Positions 1-10,399 of a stretch of 64,000 bases of DNA are shown piece after piece. The stretch is from Eledone cirrhosa (Eukaryota): positions 391,716,001-391,780,000 of the forward strand of contig OZ024741.1 in the NCBI GenBank assembly GCA_964016885.1. The letters run 5' to 3'. The position numbers and the translations under genes are program-made. The notes beneath the pieces are model-generated. The model saw only the letters and a program-made list of their open reading frames with translations. It ran no database searches and was not told the DNA's origin. How positions within the stretch are numbered: the stretch's first letter is position 1; each line of letters opens with the position of its first letter.

Positions 1-1269
1 CCTTCACCACAAACGACACACCTAGGTCTTCTGCCCTCGACAATTACCGTGAGGTGGCTGCCGTCAGTGAGGTCTATTACCTCTGGGATCTCCTCAATGC
101 CTTTTTGGTCCGCTTGGATCAGGAGCTCCATCCCAGATCCGGACCAGTTTTCCTGCTTTTCTTTTGCTACTGCTATTATTTTCGTGTTGGCTTCGATGCC
201 GGCGAGGACAGCCGCTATTAGCCAGGGAATTTCGATGGCCGGTGGAACGTGGGTCACCCTGATCTTTACGAGTCTCTGGCCACAATAGCTTGGGACGAGT
301 GTGAGGTCGTCACTTTTTAATGGGGCCATGGAGTGTTCTCTAGCCTCCTCTGGTGTTTCAAAGAACACATCCACGGTTCCATTCTTTTGCCCACGTCTGA
401 TGTGGGTTTTTCTTGCCCACACATGTCCCAAAGCTTTTTGGATTTGGGACTCGGATGCCCGTTCCACTCGGCGCGATTTTACATTTATTGTTCTATACGA
501 CACGGTGCACAGGCGCCGATGCTCCATTTTATTAGGTGGGGGGGGGGTGAGGCTGACCCTGTACCCATCTTTCTTTACCATTTGTTTGGCATTTTCTAAA
601 TCTTCTTGAGTTACCGTGAACGCTTCGAATTGTTTTGCTACGATGGCGAAACTGAGGGTCGGTTTTATAATGTCATTGTTGTTGTTGTTGCTATCGTTAA
701 TATTAATTTTAGTTTCAGTTGTGGTGGTGGTGACGTCAGTCGTCTTTGGTGGGGAAGAGTCCATTTTGCTTGATTTCATTTCGACATCACGAGTTAATTT
801 ATTTTTTTCTTCTTTTGTTTCTGTTGTCGCGGTGGTGGTGGTGGTGGTGGTGGTTGTCGCGGTGGTGGAGGCTTTAACACCTGCAGTCATTGGTAATGGC
901 GGGAAATGAATGTCTGCCTGAGACAAATTTAAAATATTGCTACTGCTTATATTTTTTTTTGTGTTGGCAAACGTAGTAACATTTACAATGGTGGTGTCGG
1001 TGTGAGGTGTTAATTTGTGAGGAAGGCTTTCAGCTGCTTCGTGCAGAGGTGAATTAGCCATTTTTTTCAAAGAAATTTTTTTGATAATAATAAAAGTTTA
1101 AATTTTGGGCACAAGGCCCCAATCTTTTTGGGTGTCCTTTTCGGAAAACAATGTATGTGCGCTTATAAACAGTTAACAATAAAATTTTCCATAAATGACA
1201 ATTTTTAACAAACGGAAATAACAAACCTTTGCGGAGCTCACGATGATACGATTTACTACGTAGGTCGCC
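1..1269 (-). mobile_element. Tx1/L1-clade non-LTR retrotransposon, 5' UTR and ORF1 (continues beyond window start)
   Basis: ORF1 is homologous to 61124-62923. The 5' end begins directly after (ATT)n on the minus strand, and 5' UTR motifs are shared with the element at 60612. Confidence 0.85.
3..1061 (-). CDS. ORF1 (gag-like zinc-knuckle protein) of Tx1-like LINE, truncated by window edge
   Basis: ATG at 1061. Manual translation gives MANSPLHE...KSRRVERASESQIQKALG...LVPSYCGQ...VEGRRPRCVVCGE, in frame to the edge. Absent from the ORF track because there is no stop inside the window. Confidence 0.8.
   Translation of the reverse strand, partial: MANSPLHEAAESLPHKLTPHTDTTIVNVTTFANTKKNISSSNILNLSQADIHFPPLPMTAGVKASTTATTTTTTTTTATTETKEEKNKLTRDVEMKSSKMDSSPPKTTDVTTTTTETKININDSNNNNNDIIKPTLSFAIVAKQFEAFTVTQEDLENAKQMVKKDGYRVSLTPPPPNKMEHRRLCTVSYRTINVKSRRVERASESQIQKALGHVWARKTHIRRGQKNGTVDVFFETPEEAREHSMAPLKSDDLTLVPSYCGQRLVKIRVTHVPPAIEIPWLIAAVLAGIEANTKIIAVAKEKQENWSGSGMELLIQADQKGIEEIPEVIDLTDGSHLTVIVEGRRPRCVVCGE

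Positions 1270-1331
<62 letters not shown>
1270..1331. repeat. (AAT)n microsatellite between a Tx1-like and a Dong-like element
   Basis: Read directly from the sequence. Confidence 0.98.
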
Positions 1332-1333
<2 letters not shown>

Positions 1334-3704
1334 CATTCTGGAGAGGAATATGGGAGCAGGATGTTAGACATAATGTCCAGGCAGGGTGGATTGAGACAGT
1401 ACAGAGGGAGATCGGTGAGCAGGCACACCAACAAACTGATTTGAGTATCACAGTTGAAACTCTTAAGGGGCAGGCCAAAAAACTAACCAACTGGAAATCA
1501 CCAGGCCCAGATGGTGTGCAGGGGTATTGGATTAAAAATTTAACATCCCTCCACCCGAAGCTGACGGGCATGTTCAATGACTGCTTGGTGTCGGGTGAGG
1601 TGCCAGAGTGGTTGACAAAAGGTACCACAGTTCTGATAATGAAAGACCGAATCAAGGGTAATGATGTTACCAACTATAGACCTATCACATGTCTGTCCGT
1701 AATGTGGAAACTGTTGACGAGCATTGTGTCTGAGGAAATCTACCATCACCTCCACACAAACAACTTGTTACCGGACGAACAGAAAGGATGCCGAAAGAAG
1801 TCACGTGGTACAAAGGACCAGTTACTTATTGATAAGATGGTAATGGGGAATTGCAGGAGGAGACACACTGATCTTGCCATGGGATGGATAGACTACAGAA
1901 GGGCATTTGACATGGTGCCTCATTCTTGGATCACCAAAAGCCTGGAGATCTTCAGGGTGGCAGATAACATCAGACAGTTGCTGGGCAGGAGTATGGGGTC
2001 CTGGGAGACAGAGTTGACATCAACTGGAGTATCCTTGGGAAGCGTGAAGATCAAGAGAGGTATCTTCCAGGGAGATAGCCTGTCCCCTCTGTTGTTTGTC
2101 CTTGCCCTGATGCCCTTGACCATTATGCTGCGAAAAGTGAGAGCAGGATACAAGTTGGGAAAGGGAGAGCTTACCATCAATCACCTCCTCTTCATGGACG
2201 ATCTTAAGCTCTTCGGGAAAAGTGAGAAGGAGTTGGATGTGCTTGTTGACACTGTCCGTATTTTCAGCAGTGATATATGTATGCAGTTTGGTATTAGTAA
2301 ATGTGGAGTCATTGTGATGAGGAGGGGTAGGTTGAGCAGAAGTAACGGGATCCAGATACCAACAGGTGAGATGATAAAGGAAATTGACTCTGAGGAAGGA
2401 TACAAGTATTTGGGCGTTCTGGAGGCTGATGGCATAAAGAACAAAAAAATGAAGGAATTGTTAAGAACTGAATACATTCGGAGAATAAGGAGCGTATTGA
2501 AGTCACATCTGAACAGCAGAAATGCCATAAGCGCAGTAAATTCCCGAGCTGTGTCTATTATTAGGTACAGTGCGGGAATTCTGAGATGGAATGTTGCTGA
2601 ACAAAAAGAAATGGATAGGAAGACTAGGAAGCTATTGACTATCTACAACATGTTCCACAAGAGGAGTGATGTCGATAGACTCTACCTAAGGAGATCTGAG
2701 GGTGGAAGAGGTCTTATCAGCATAGAGGACTGTGTTCAGATGGAGAAAAACAACCTATACAAATACGTGACCTATAGTAAGGAGCCAATGCTCAGAACTG
2801 TACTGAAGGAGGGGACAGTAGGCCAGGGGATGTCCAAGGAGGAAATAACATCAAGGAGGAAGAGCAGCCTTAAGGGAAAATCCCTTCATAGTACCTTCTT
2901 TGAGAAAACTGAATTTAGAGATCCACAGACATGGAACTGGTTGAGAAGAGGAGACCTCAAAAAGGCTACAGAAGGAATGCTAATGGCTGCGCAGGAGCAG
3001 GCCCTCAAAACGAAGTGGTTGAAGCACCATATTTACAAGGAGGAGGCTAGCCCACTGTGCAGGATCTGTGGAGAGAGAGAGGAGACTGTGGCTCACATTG
3101 TGTCCGAGTGTAAACACCTAGCCCAGACCCACTATAAGGGCTGGAGACACGATGTGATGGGCAGGGTGATCCACTGGCACCTGTGCAAAGTAAACAGTTT
3201 ACCACATTCTGAGAAATGGTATGAGCATAGGCCAGAGGCGGTGATGGAGAACAATCAGGTGAAGGTGCTGTGGGATTTTAGGATACAGACGGACAAAAAA
3301 CTGGAACACAATAGACCTGACCTGGTGGTTGTGGACAAAGAAAAAAGATCGTGTCTGATTGTGGATGTGGCCTGCCCTTTCGACACGAGAGTGCAAGAGA
3401 AGGAGAGGGAGAAAATTAACCGATACCAGGACCTAAAGTGGGAGGTGAAAAGGATTTGGAACTGCCATGAAGTCAAAGTGATCCCGATTGTCATAGGCGC
3501 ACTGGGGACTATCTCCAAAAGTTTCCAGAGATGGTTAAAGAAAATCGGCCCCTTCACGCTTTTTGGAACGCTTCAAAAGGCATGCTTGCTTGGAACAGCA
3601 AGAACCCTCCGATACGTCCTGAATATCTGAGGCTGCAGGTAGTGGCTTGATATTCATTCCAACGGACTTTCCAGTTAACCAACATCAATGACTGAGATTC
3701 AAGG
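1332..3704 (+). mobile_element. R4/Dong-clade RLE non-LTR retrotransposon, 5'-truncated (family A)
   Basis: RT + CCHC + RLE ORF, ~75-bp 3' UTR, flanked on both sides by (AAT)n. Confidence 0.92.
1333..3630 (+). CDS. Reverse transcriptase / restriction-like endonuclease, uninterrupted but lacking its N-terminus
   Basis: Motifs KSPGPDG, NYRPITCL, QGDSLSP, FMDD, YKYLG, CRICGEREETVAHIVSEC, RHD, RPD..IVDV..EK..RY. The frame is open upstream of the TTG at 1441 (FWRGIW...HN..A.W). Confidence 0.9.
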
Positions 3705-3713
3705 AATAACAAC

Positions 3714-3744
<31 letters not shown>

Positions 3745-3749
<5 letters not shown>

Positions 3750-4105
3750 TTGAGCAAGTATAAGGACCTGGAGATAGAAATTGGAAAAATGTGGAAATTG
3801 AGAACTAAAACAATACCAGTGGTTGTAGGCGCTCTGGGAATGATACCTAAGGGGTCTAATGATTACTTATCGCAAATCTCAGGAAACCCGCGTATAGGAG
3901 AAATACAAAAGATAGTACTAATGGGAACTGCCCATATACTAAGGAAGATTCTGTCAATATAAGTACATCACAAGTCTAAACACTAAAGATGCATGTGTGA
4001 ATATGTATGTTCTTTCTTGAACATGGCGGACCTTGTTGTCTCTTGAGGTCACTGGTTGTGACTTGGTGATAACTCGTATGAACATAAAGCAAGATAAATG
4101 CAACT

Positions 4106-4107
<2 letters not shown>
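3745..4107 (+). mobile_element. 3' fragment of a second R4/Dong-like family (family B)
   Basis: KYKDLEIEIGKMWKL..IPVVVGALG..QKIVLMGTAHILRKILSI, followed by a different 3' UTR; bounded by (AAT)n. Confidence 0.85.
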
Positions 4108-4164
<57 letters not shown>

Positions 4165-4165
<1 letters not shown>

Positions 4166-4506
4166 TGTGGCCTGCCCATTCGACACGAGAGTGCAAGAGA
4201 AGGAGGGGGAGAAAATTAACCGATACCAGGACTTAAAGTGGGAGGTAAAAAGGATTTGGAACTGCCATGAAGTCAAAGTGATCCCGATTGTCATAGGCGC
4301 ACTAGGGACTATCTCAAAAAGTTTCCAGGGATGGTTAAAGAAAATTGGCCCCGCCACGCTTTTTGGAACGCTTCAAAAGGCATGCTTGCTGGGAACAGCA
4401 AGAACCTTCCGATACGTCCTGAATATCTGAGGCTGCAGGTAGTGGCTTGATATTCATTTCAACAAACTTTCCAGTTAACTAACATCAGTGACTGAGACTC
4501 AAAGAA
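4165..4506 (+). mobile_element. 3' fragment of Dong-like family A
   Basis: Near-identical to 3365-3704; bounded by (AAT)n. Confidence 0.92.
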
Positions 4507-4507
4507 C

Positions 4508-4539
4508 AATAATAATAATAATAATAATACTGCTGCTGC

Positions 4540-4571
<32 letters not shown>

Positions 4572-4616
4572 GGCTACTACTACTACTACTACTACTGCTA
4601 CTACTACTACTACTGT

Positions 4617-4665
<49 letters not shown>

Positions 4666-4702
4666 GCTACTACTACTACTACTACTGCTACTACTACTAC
4701 TG

Positions 4703-4740
<38 letters not shown>

Positions 4741-4741
4741 G

Positions 4742-4788
<47 letters not shown>

Positions 4789-4825
4789 GCTACTACTACT
4801 ACTACTACTGCTACTACTACTACTG

Positions 4826-4863
<38 letters not shown>

Positions 4864-4879
4864 GCTACTACTACTACTG

Positions 4880-4914
<35 letters not shown>

Positions 4915-4915
4915 G

Positions 4916-4953
<38 letters not shown>

Positions 4954-4954
4954 G

Positions 4955-5007
<53 letters not shown>

Positions 5008-5008
5008 G

Positions 5009-5070
<62 letters not shown>

Positions 5071-5086
5071 GCTACTACTACTACTG

Positions 5087-5127
<41 letters not shown>

Positions 5128-5131
5128 GCTG

Positions 5132-5175
<44 letters not shown>

Positions 5176-5176
5176 G

Positions 5177-5217
<41 letters not shown>

Positions 5218-5257
5218 GCTGCTACTACTACTACTACTACTGCTACTACTACTACTG

Positions 5258-5295
<38 letters not shown>

Positions 5296-5296
5296 G

Positions 5297-5343
<47 letters not shown>

Positions 5344-5380
5344 GCTACTACTACTACTACTACTGCTACTACTACTACTG

Positions 5381-5418
<38 letters not shown>

Positions 5419-5455
5419 GCTACTACTACTACTACTACTGCTACTACTACTACTG

Positions 5456-5493
<38 letters not shown>

Positions 5494-5515
5494 GCTACTA
5501 CTACTACTACTACTG

Positions 5516-5565
<50 letters not shown>

Positions 5566-5566
5566 G

Positions 5567-5601
<35 letters not shown>

Positions 5602-5602
5602 G

Positions 5603-5634
<32 letters not shown>
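4508..5634. repeat. Compound microsatellite (AAT)n-(CTG)n-(CTA)n, with ~1.06 kb of (CTA)n interrupted by CTG
   Basis: Read directly; explains the poly-S, poly-V and poly-Y ORFs. Confidence 0.98.
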
Positions 5635-5635
<1 letters not shown>

Positions 5636-6541
5636 AGTAGCATTTTGTATTGGCTATCAATCTTTGAAATAGTAGACACAAGGGAAAATTAGCAAACGGG
5701 AAGCCAACTAAACAAATATAGGATGAGCGACGGGGAATGAAAGACAGCAGTAATAAAGGAGGGGAAGACAGTGAGGTGTTAGAGAGGAATAGGAGAGGGA
5801 GTTAAAGAATGAGGAAGGTGATGGGATGCGAGAGGAAGAGAGGCTGAAGTTAAGAGGGGGTTAGGGAAAGAGGAAGGTGGAGGGTTAGGGAGTAAGCGAA
5901 GAAGTTTGGAGTTGGAGAGAGAGAGAGAAGGGTGACATTTTATAATCGATATCGGGAATTATTACGTTATGATTGCTTTTAAAGATACTTGATAGGGAAA
6001 ATTGTAAGTTGAGAGGGAAGGAAGTTGTTAAAATAATTTCTGTTAACAAAACGAAAGTGACTGCAGCTGCGCCAGGATTCAGAGTATAGATACATTTATA
6101 TCATTGCAGATATTTCCTGTCTTCGCTCCAGGGTAGTGACTTAATATCTTAGTTTTGTTAGCCCCTAATAGTAGTCCACCAGTTGCATCGAGGCAATTTG
6201 TTTGGTGAAACAGCATTGAATTCTCATTTGAGTTCTGCCGTTAGTTTAACAACATTGTTGAGAACAATTGTGCAAACAGCTGAAAACAAATGTCCTTCAC
6301 AGAACCAACATGCTTTCTTGTTCACTCGTCCTAATTTATCTCAGAATCCAGCCAGCCAGTTTTCTGCGCTATTTGGACCCTATTAACAGCATTTCAGACC
6401 TTCATTCATTGCATATTCACAAAACTCTAAAACAATCACATACGAGATGTGTCAGAAAAGAAACAGGACTGGGGTCGCAAAAGATTTCAAATCCAGACTA
6501 CAAAATACGAGTTTTCCTCTTCGAAATAATCCCCCTCTAGT

Positions 6542-6870
6542 CTAACTCACTTTCTGACACACCTCCATGCACTGCTGGAAGCATTCTCCCGGGATACTCT
6601 GCAGCTCCGTCATCACGGCCCTCTTAATAGCTTCCACGTCTGGAAAACGGATCCCAATGATGACCCTCTTGAGCTTGGGGAAAAAGAAAAAATCACACGG
6701 AGCCAAGTAGGGTGAGTAGGGAGGTTGCTCCAGCACGACGATGTTCTCGACCAGAAACTTCAAGATGCTCAGAGCACCATCTTCGCGTAGATCTTCCGCA
6801 TGCCCAAATCTTCGGTAATAATCTTCAAAAAGCTGTCCACGCCTAACTCATTTGAGATCAGTATGAACCC
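6542..6870 (-). pseudogene. Mariner/Tc1 transposase C-terminal remnant
   Basis: QPPYSPYLAPCDFFFFPKLK matches the mariner YSPDLAPxD motif. Confidence 0.85.
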
Positions 6871-6926
6871 AGGAATGATTTCATTTGAATAAAACAGTTC
6901 TAGTCCAGTAGAAGTCATCTTATCTT

Positions 6927-8323
6927 ATCTACTTATATATATAACCAGAAATTTCTCTGTCTGTCTGTCCGACAGTGGAAACACGTGCGTAGAGAGAGAG
7001 TGAGAGTGAAAGAAAGAGACAGACTACGAGAGGGGGATAGCGGGAGGGAGAGAGGGAGAGAGAGAGAGTGAATAGACGCTAAAACACGTGCTACAGAAAC
7101 ATTACCTTCCCCTCTCCACTGACTTTGGTCACTGAGGCCGAAGGAATCGCGCTGAGCGCGTCATAATGACGTAATGCAGACAACCAGACGTACAGACAGA
7201 TATTATAAGGGCGCAACGTTATATCTATGTATCTATCTAAAAAGAAAGACTAATAATTATATAGAGAGAACGCTAAATCGCCTAATGCGGTCCCTAGGGC
7301 ATTGAAAATTTGAACTAATTTTTGCTCAAAACACTCACAGGACCATAAGTATTACATGTCTAAAGTTTGAAAACAATCGGTTGGATGGTTCTCAAGTTTT
7401 AGTGAGCTGACAGACAGACAGACATTCTCTGTTTTAGATATATAGACTAGCAGAAAACCGCCCACGGGTGGTTTTCTGCTAGTCTATATATCTAAAACAG
7501 AGAATGTATGTCTGTCTGTCTGACTCCCTAAAACTCGAGAACCACCCAACCGATTTTTTTCAAACTTTACACATGTAATACTTATGGTCGTGTGAGTGTT
7601 TTGAGAAAAATATATTTCAAATTTTCAATGCCCTAGGGACCGCATTAGGTAGCTGTAACGTCACGCCCTTATAATATCTGTCTGTCTGGCTGTCTGCATT
7701 ACGACATTATGACACTATCTGTGTGTGTGTGTTTATATGTATATATAGTGTGTGTATATATATATAGTGTGTAACGTTTTTCGAAATATTTACTTCTGCG
7801 TTCACAGATTGATTTTTTTAGTTTCAGAAGATCCCGTTAAGGGGGAAAGCAGCGATTCTTCTAAACTTTAATCTTTAAATATAATTATATATTCGTGTAC
7901 AGATATTTTTGCATACACAATAACAAAATATAAACAAACGCATTTATTTCACGAGGCTCGATAAGGATAAATATATATCAAATATATAAGAACCCTAGAG
8001 CAAATATTGTTCTCATTGCTGACGAGGCAGAAGGGGATATACACGATTGGCTGAAGAAGGACGAGACTGTGTTAGTAGTACGACCAACGGCCGCTATCAT
8101 ACCAACAGCAGCAAAAACAACAACAAAAAAGAGAGGGAACGCAATTACATGCTTTTGAAAAATCTTAATGGAAAATTATTTGCCTATTCACCCAAGGCGA
8201 CTCCACTTTTTATTAGGACTTCTGCATCAATTGGTGAACATACAACGAAACTGTTTCAGAAAGGAGGGATAAACATGCCAATCTATGTTTAGAATCCCGA
8301 GCAACGCCGGGCCATTCTGCTAA
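6927..8323 (+). mobile_element. Non-autonomous Helitron-like element (composite)
   Basis: 5' A|TCTACTTATATATA..CTGTCTGTCTGTC; 3' hairpin CCCGAGCAACGCCGGG followed by CTGCTAA (a degenerate CTAG). Confidence 0.5.
7158..7715. repeat. Imperfect ~560-bp palindrome of Helitron-like 5' ends around a CTAG-bounded hairpin
   Basis: Centre CTAGCAGAAAACCGCCC-AC-GGGTGGTTTTCTGCTAG (7447-7482); the arms are reverse-complementary, with some divergence and an insertion in the left arm. Confidence 0.9.
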
Positions 8324-8607
8324 CGCTATATAAAAAGGGAGTTTTTTTGTTTGTTGACCGGCAATTACACGAAATCCTGAAGACATTGGTAATAATTAAA
8401 GCATTATCTGAAACCACTTTTATTCGCTCTATTTCACTGTGTCTTTCTTTTTCTCTCTCAGTATTTCGTTGAATTTTAATTGATTTTTCAATATTTTAAT
8501 CGGTTTTTTTTTCGATGTTTTACATGTTTTCAAATAAAATTACTAATAGTCTAAGGGAGATTACTCACTTGTACGGTTTTAGATAAATTTATACTATTTA
8601 CCAATAA

Positions 8608-8727
8608 CTGTGTATATACACATATTGATTTATAGATGTGTGTGCACACATATGTTTTTATACATGTCTGCATACATATATATATTTATACATGTGTGTA
8701 TACACATATATATATTTATACAAGTGC

Positions 8728-8767
<40 letters not shown>

Positions 8768-8890
8768 GTGTGTATACATATATATATGTATACATGTGTA
8801 ATATTTACACGTGTATATATACATATATATTTATACATGTGTGTATGCATACATATATTTATACATGTGTATACATATATATATATATAT
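8608..8890. repeat. Degenerate (TA)/(CA)/(TG) microsatellite
   Basis: Read directly from the sequence. Confidence 0.95.
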
Positions 8891-9069
8891 GTAATATTAA
8901 AGATACTATTTATAGTTATGTATATTTTAAACTATAAACAGGGAAGGTCAGTAATTTATTACTACCTTATTACCAGTAAGATAAATAGCTCAATGTAAGA
9001 ACATCAGTTGTTCTACAGAGCAGTTATATAGAATTCACAAGAATCAAAGCTATGTTCAAAGCATTTATT

Positions 9070-9116
9070 CACTTACAATTGTTTCATCCAAACCTAGACT
9101 TGGATTCTTCGGAGCA
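9070..9116 (-). ncRNA. Type I hammerhead ribozyme, U4C core (CCGAAGA)
   Basis: TGCT-CCGAAGA-ATCCAAG..TTTGGAT-GAAA-CAATTG-TA-AGTG. Confidence 0.65.
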
Positions 9117-9870
9117 TTTTTCAATGCTTGTACATATAATTGACCTCCTATCCAACGCAAGAGACATACAGATACATATATATATATATATATATTGATG
9201 TACAGTGGAGTGACATATATTATACTATAATATATTTGTATAGCAATTCAAGTTTAAAATCAAAATTAAAATTAAAACTAAAATACATGCGGCAGATAAC
9301 ACAGATAATGCAAGAGGATAGTTCGATAATCAGATCTAGTAGATAGTGTATGCGTTAGTCATACATGGAGCATGCAAGCGTGTCTCATTTATATACGAGT
9401 ATTGTGTGGCAAAGTATTACATGTAATACAAGCACTTTAAGCGGGTAAGCAAGAGTATTATGGTGGTTGTAGTGGGAGGGTATTTTTTGTATAGAACAAA
9501 AAAGTATGTGTGCAGAAAAAGAAAAAGAAAAAGAAAGTTATAGTTTTCGCATCCACCACCATTTTCACATTCAGAAAAAGGAAGTTATAGTTTTCACATT
9601 CATCACATATGTTACGATGAATTCGTATTGAATGTTTGATGTAGTAAATGATTGTAAGGTATTGAGGCTCAGTGTTATTTAATCCATATTTATAGAATAG
9701 GTTCTTTCTGCTGGGAGAATTTACAGTGGTTTAATTTTGATTTTAAATTTGAATTGCTATACAAATATGGTATAATATATGTCACTCCACTGTACATCAA
9801 TATATATATATGTATCTGTATGTCTCTTGCGTTGGATAGGAGGTCAATTATATGTACAAGCATTGAAAAA

Positions 9871-9917
9871 TGCTCCGAAGAATCCAAGCCTGGGTTTGGA
9901 TGAAACAATTGTAAGTG
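9871..9917 (+). ncRNA. Type I hammerhead ribozyme, U4C core (CCGAAGA)
   Basis: TGCT-CCGAAGA-ATCCAAGCC/GGTTTGGAT-GAAA-CAATTG-TA-AGTG, followed by AATAAA. Confidence 0.65.
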
Positions 9918-10118
9918 AATAAATGCTTTGAACATAGCTTTGATTCTTGTGAATTATATATATATATATATATATTTATACATATGTGTACACATATATA
10001 TTTTTTTATTACCAATGATAACTTATCGTACATAAATGCGCAAATAAGCATAGATTCTCAAACAAGCTATTGTCTTCTAAGTTTCCATTGTTAAATTTTT
10101 CTGAAGTGTCGGTTGATG

Positions 10119-10222
<104 letters not shown>

Positions 10223-10279
10223 AAAAAAGATGAAATCGAAAATGTATCTGGAGTCTTTTTAAGAATATTTATTTGTTTC

Positions 10280-10315
10280 CTTTACCAGTTTCGCAGTTCT
10301 TATGCTTTTCAAAAG
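10280..10315 (-). ncRNA. Minimal hammerhead ribozyme, U3-A8 core (TTGAAAA)
   Basis: CTT-TTGAAAA-GCA..TGC-GAAA-CTGG-TA-AAG. Confidence 0.55.
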
Positions 10316-10399
10316 TAGAATTGAAATGGAGGGTTTGTGGTTTTTCTCGCATCTGGTTGGTGTTCGAATGTTTTGGAATCTCCTAAAAATTAATGTCAA

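Larger units (their letters stand above)
9031..9955. mobile_element. Non-coding PLE derivative with ~230-bp inverted terminal copies (9031-9270 / 9729-9955)
   Basis: Arms are reverse-complementary and each carries a hammerhead motif; a related copy lies at ~26515-26625. Confidence 0.7.

Noticed and set aside
4459-5681. Long poly-S, poly-V and poly-Y ORFs
   Set aside because: They are translations of the (CTA)n microsatellite.
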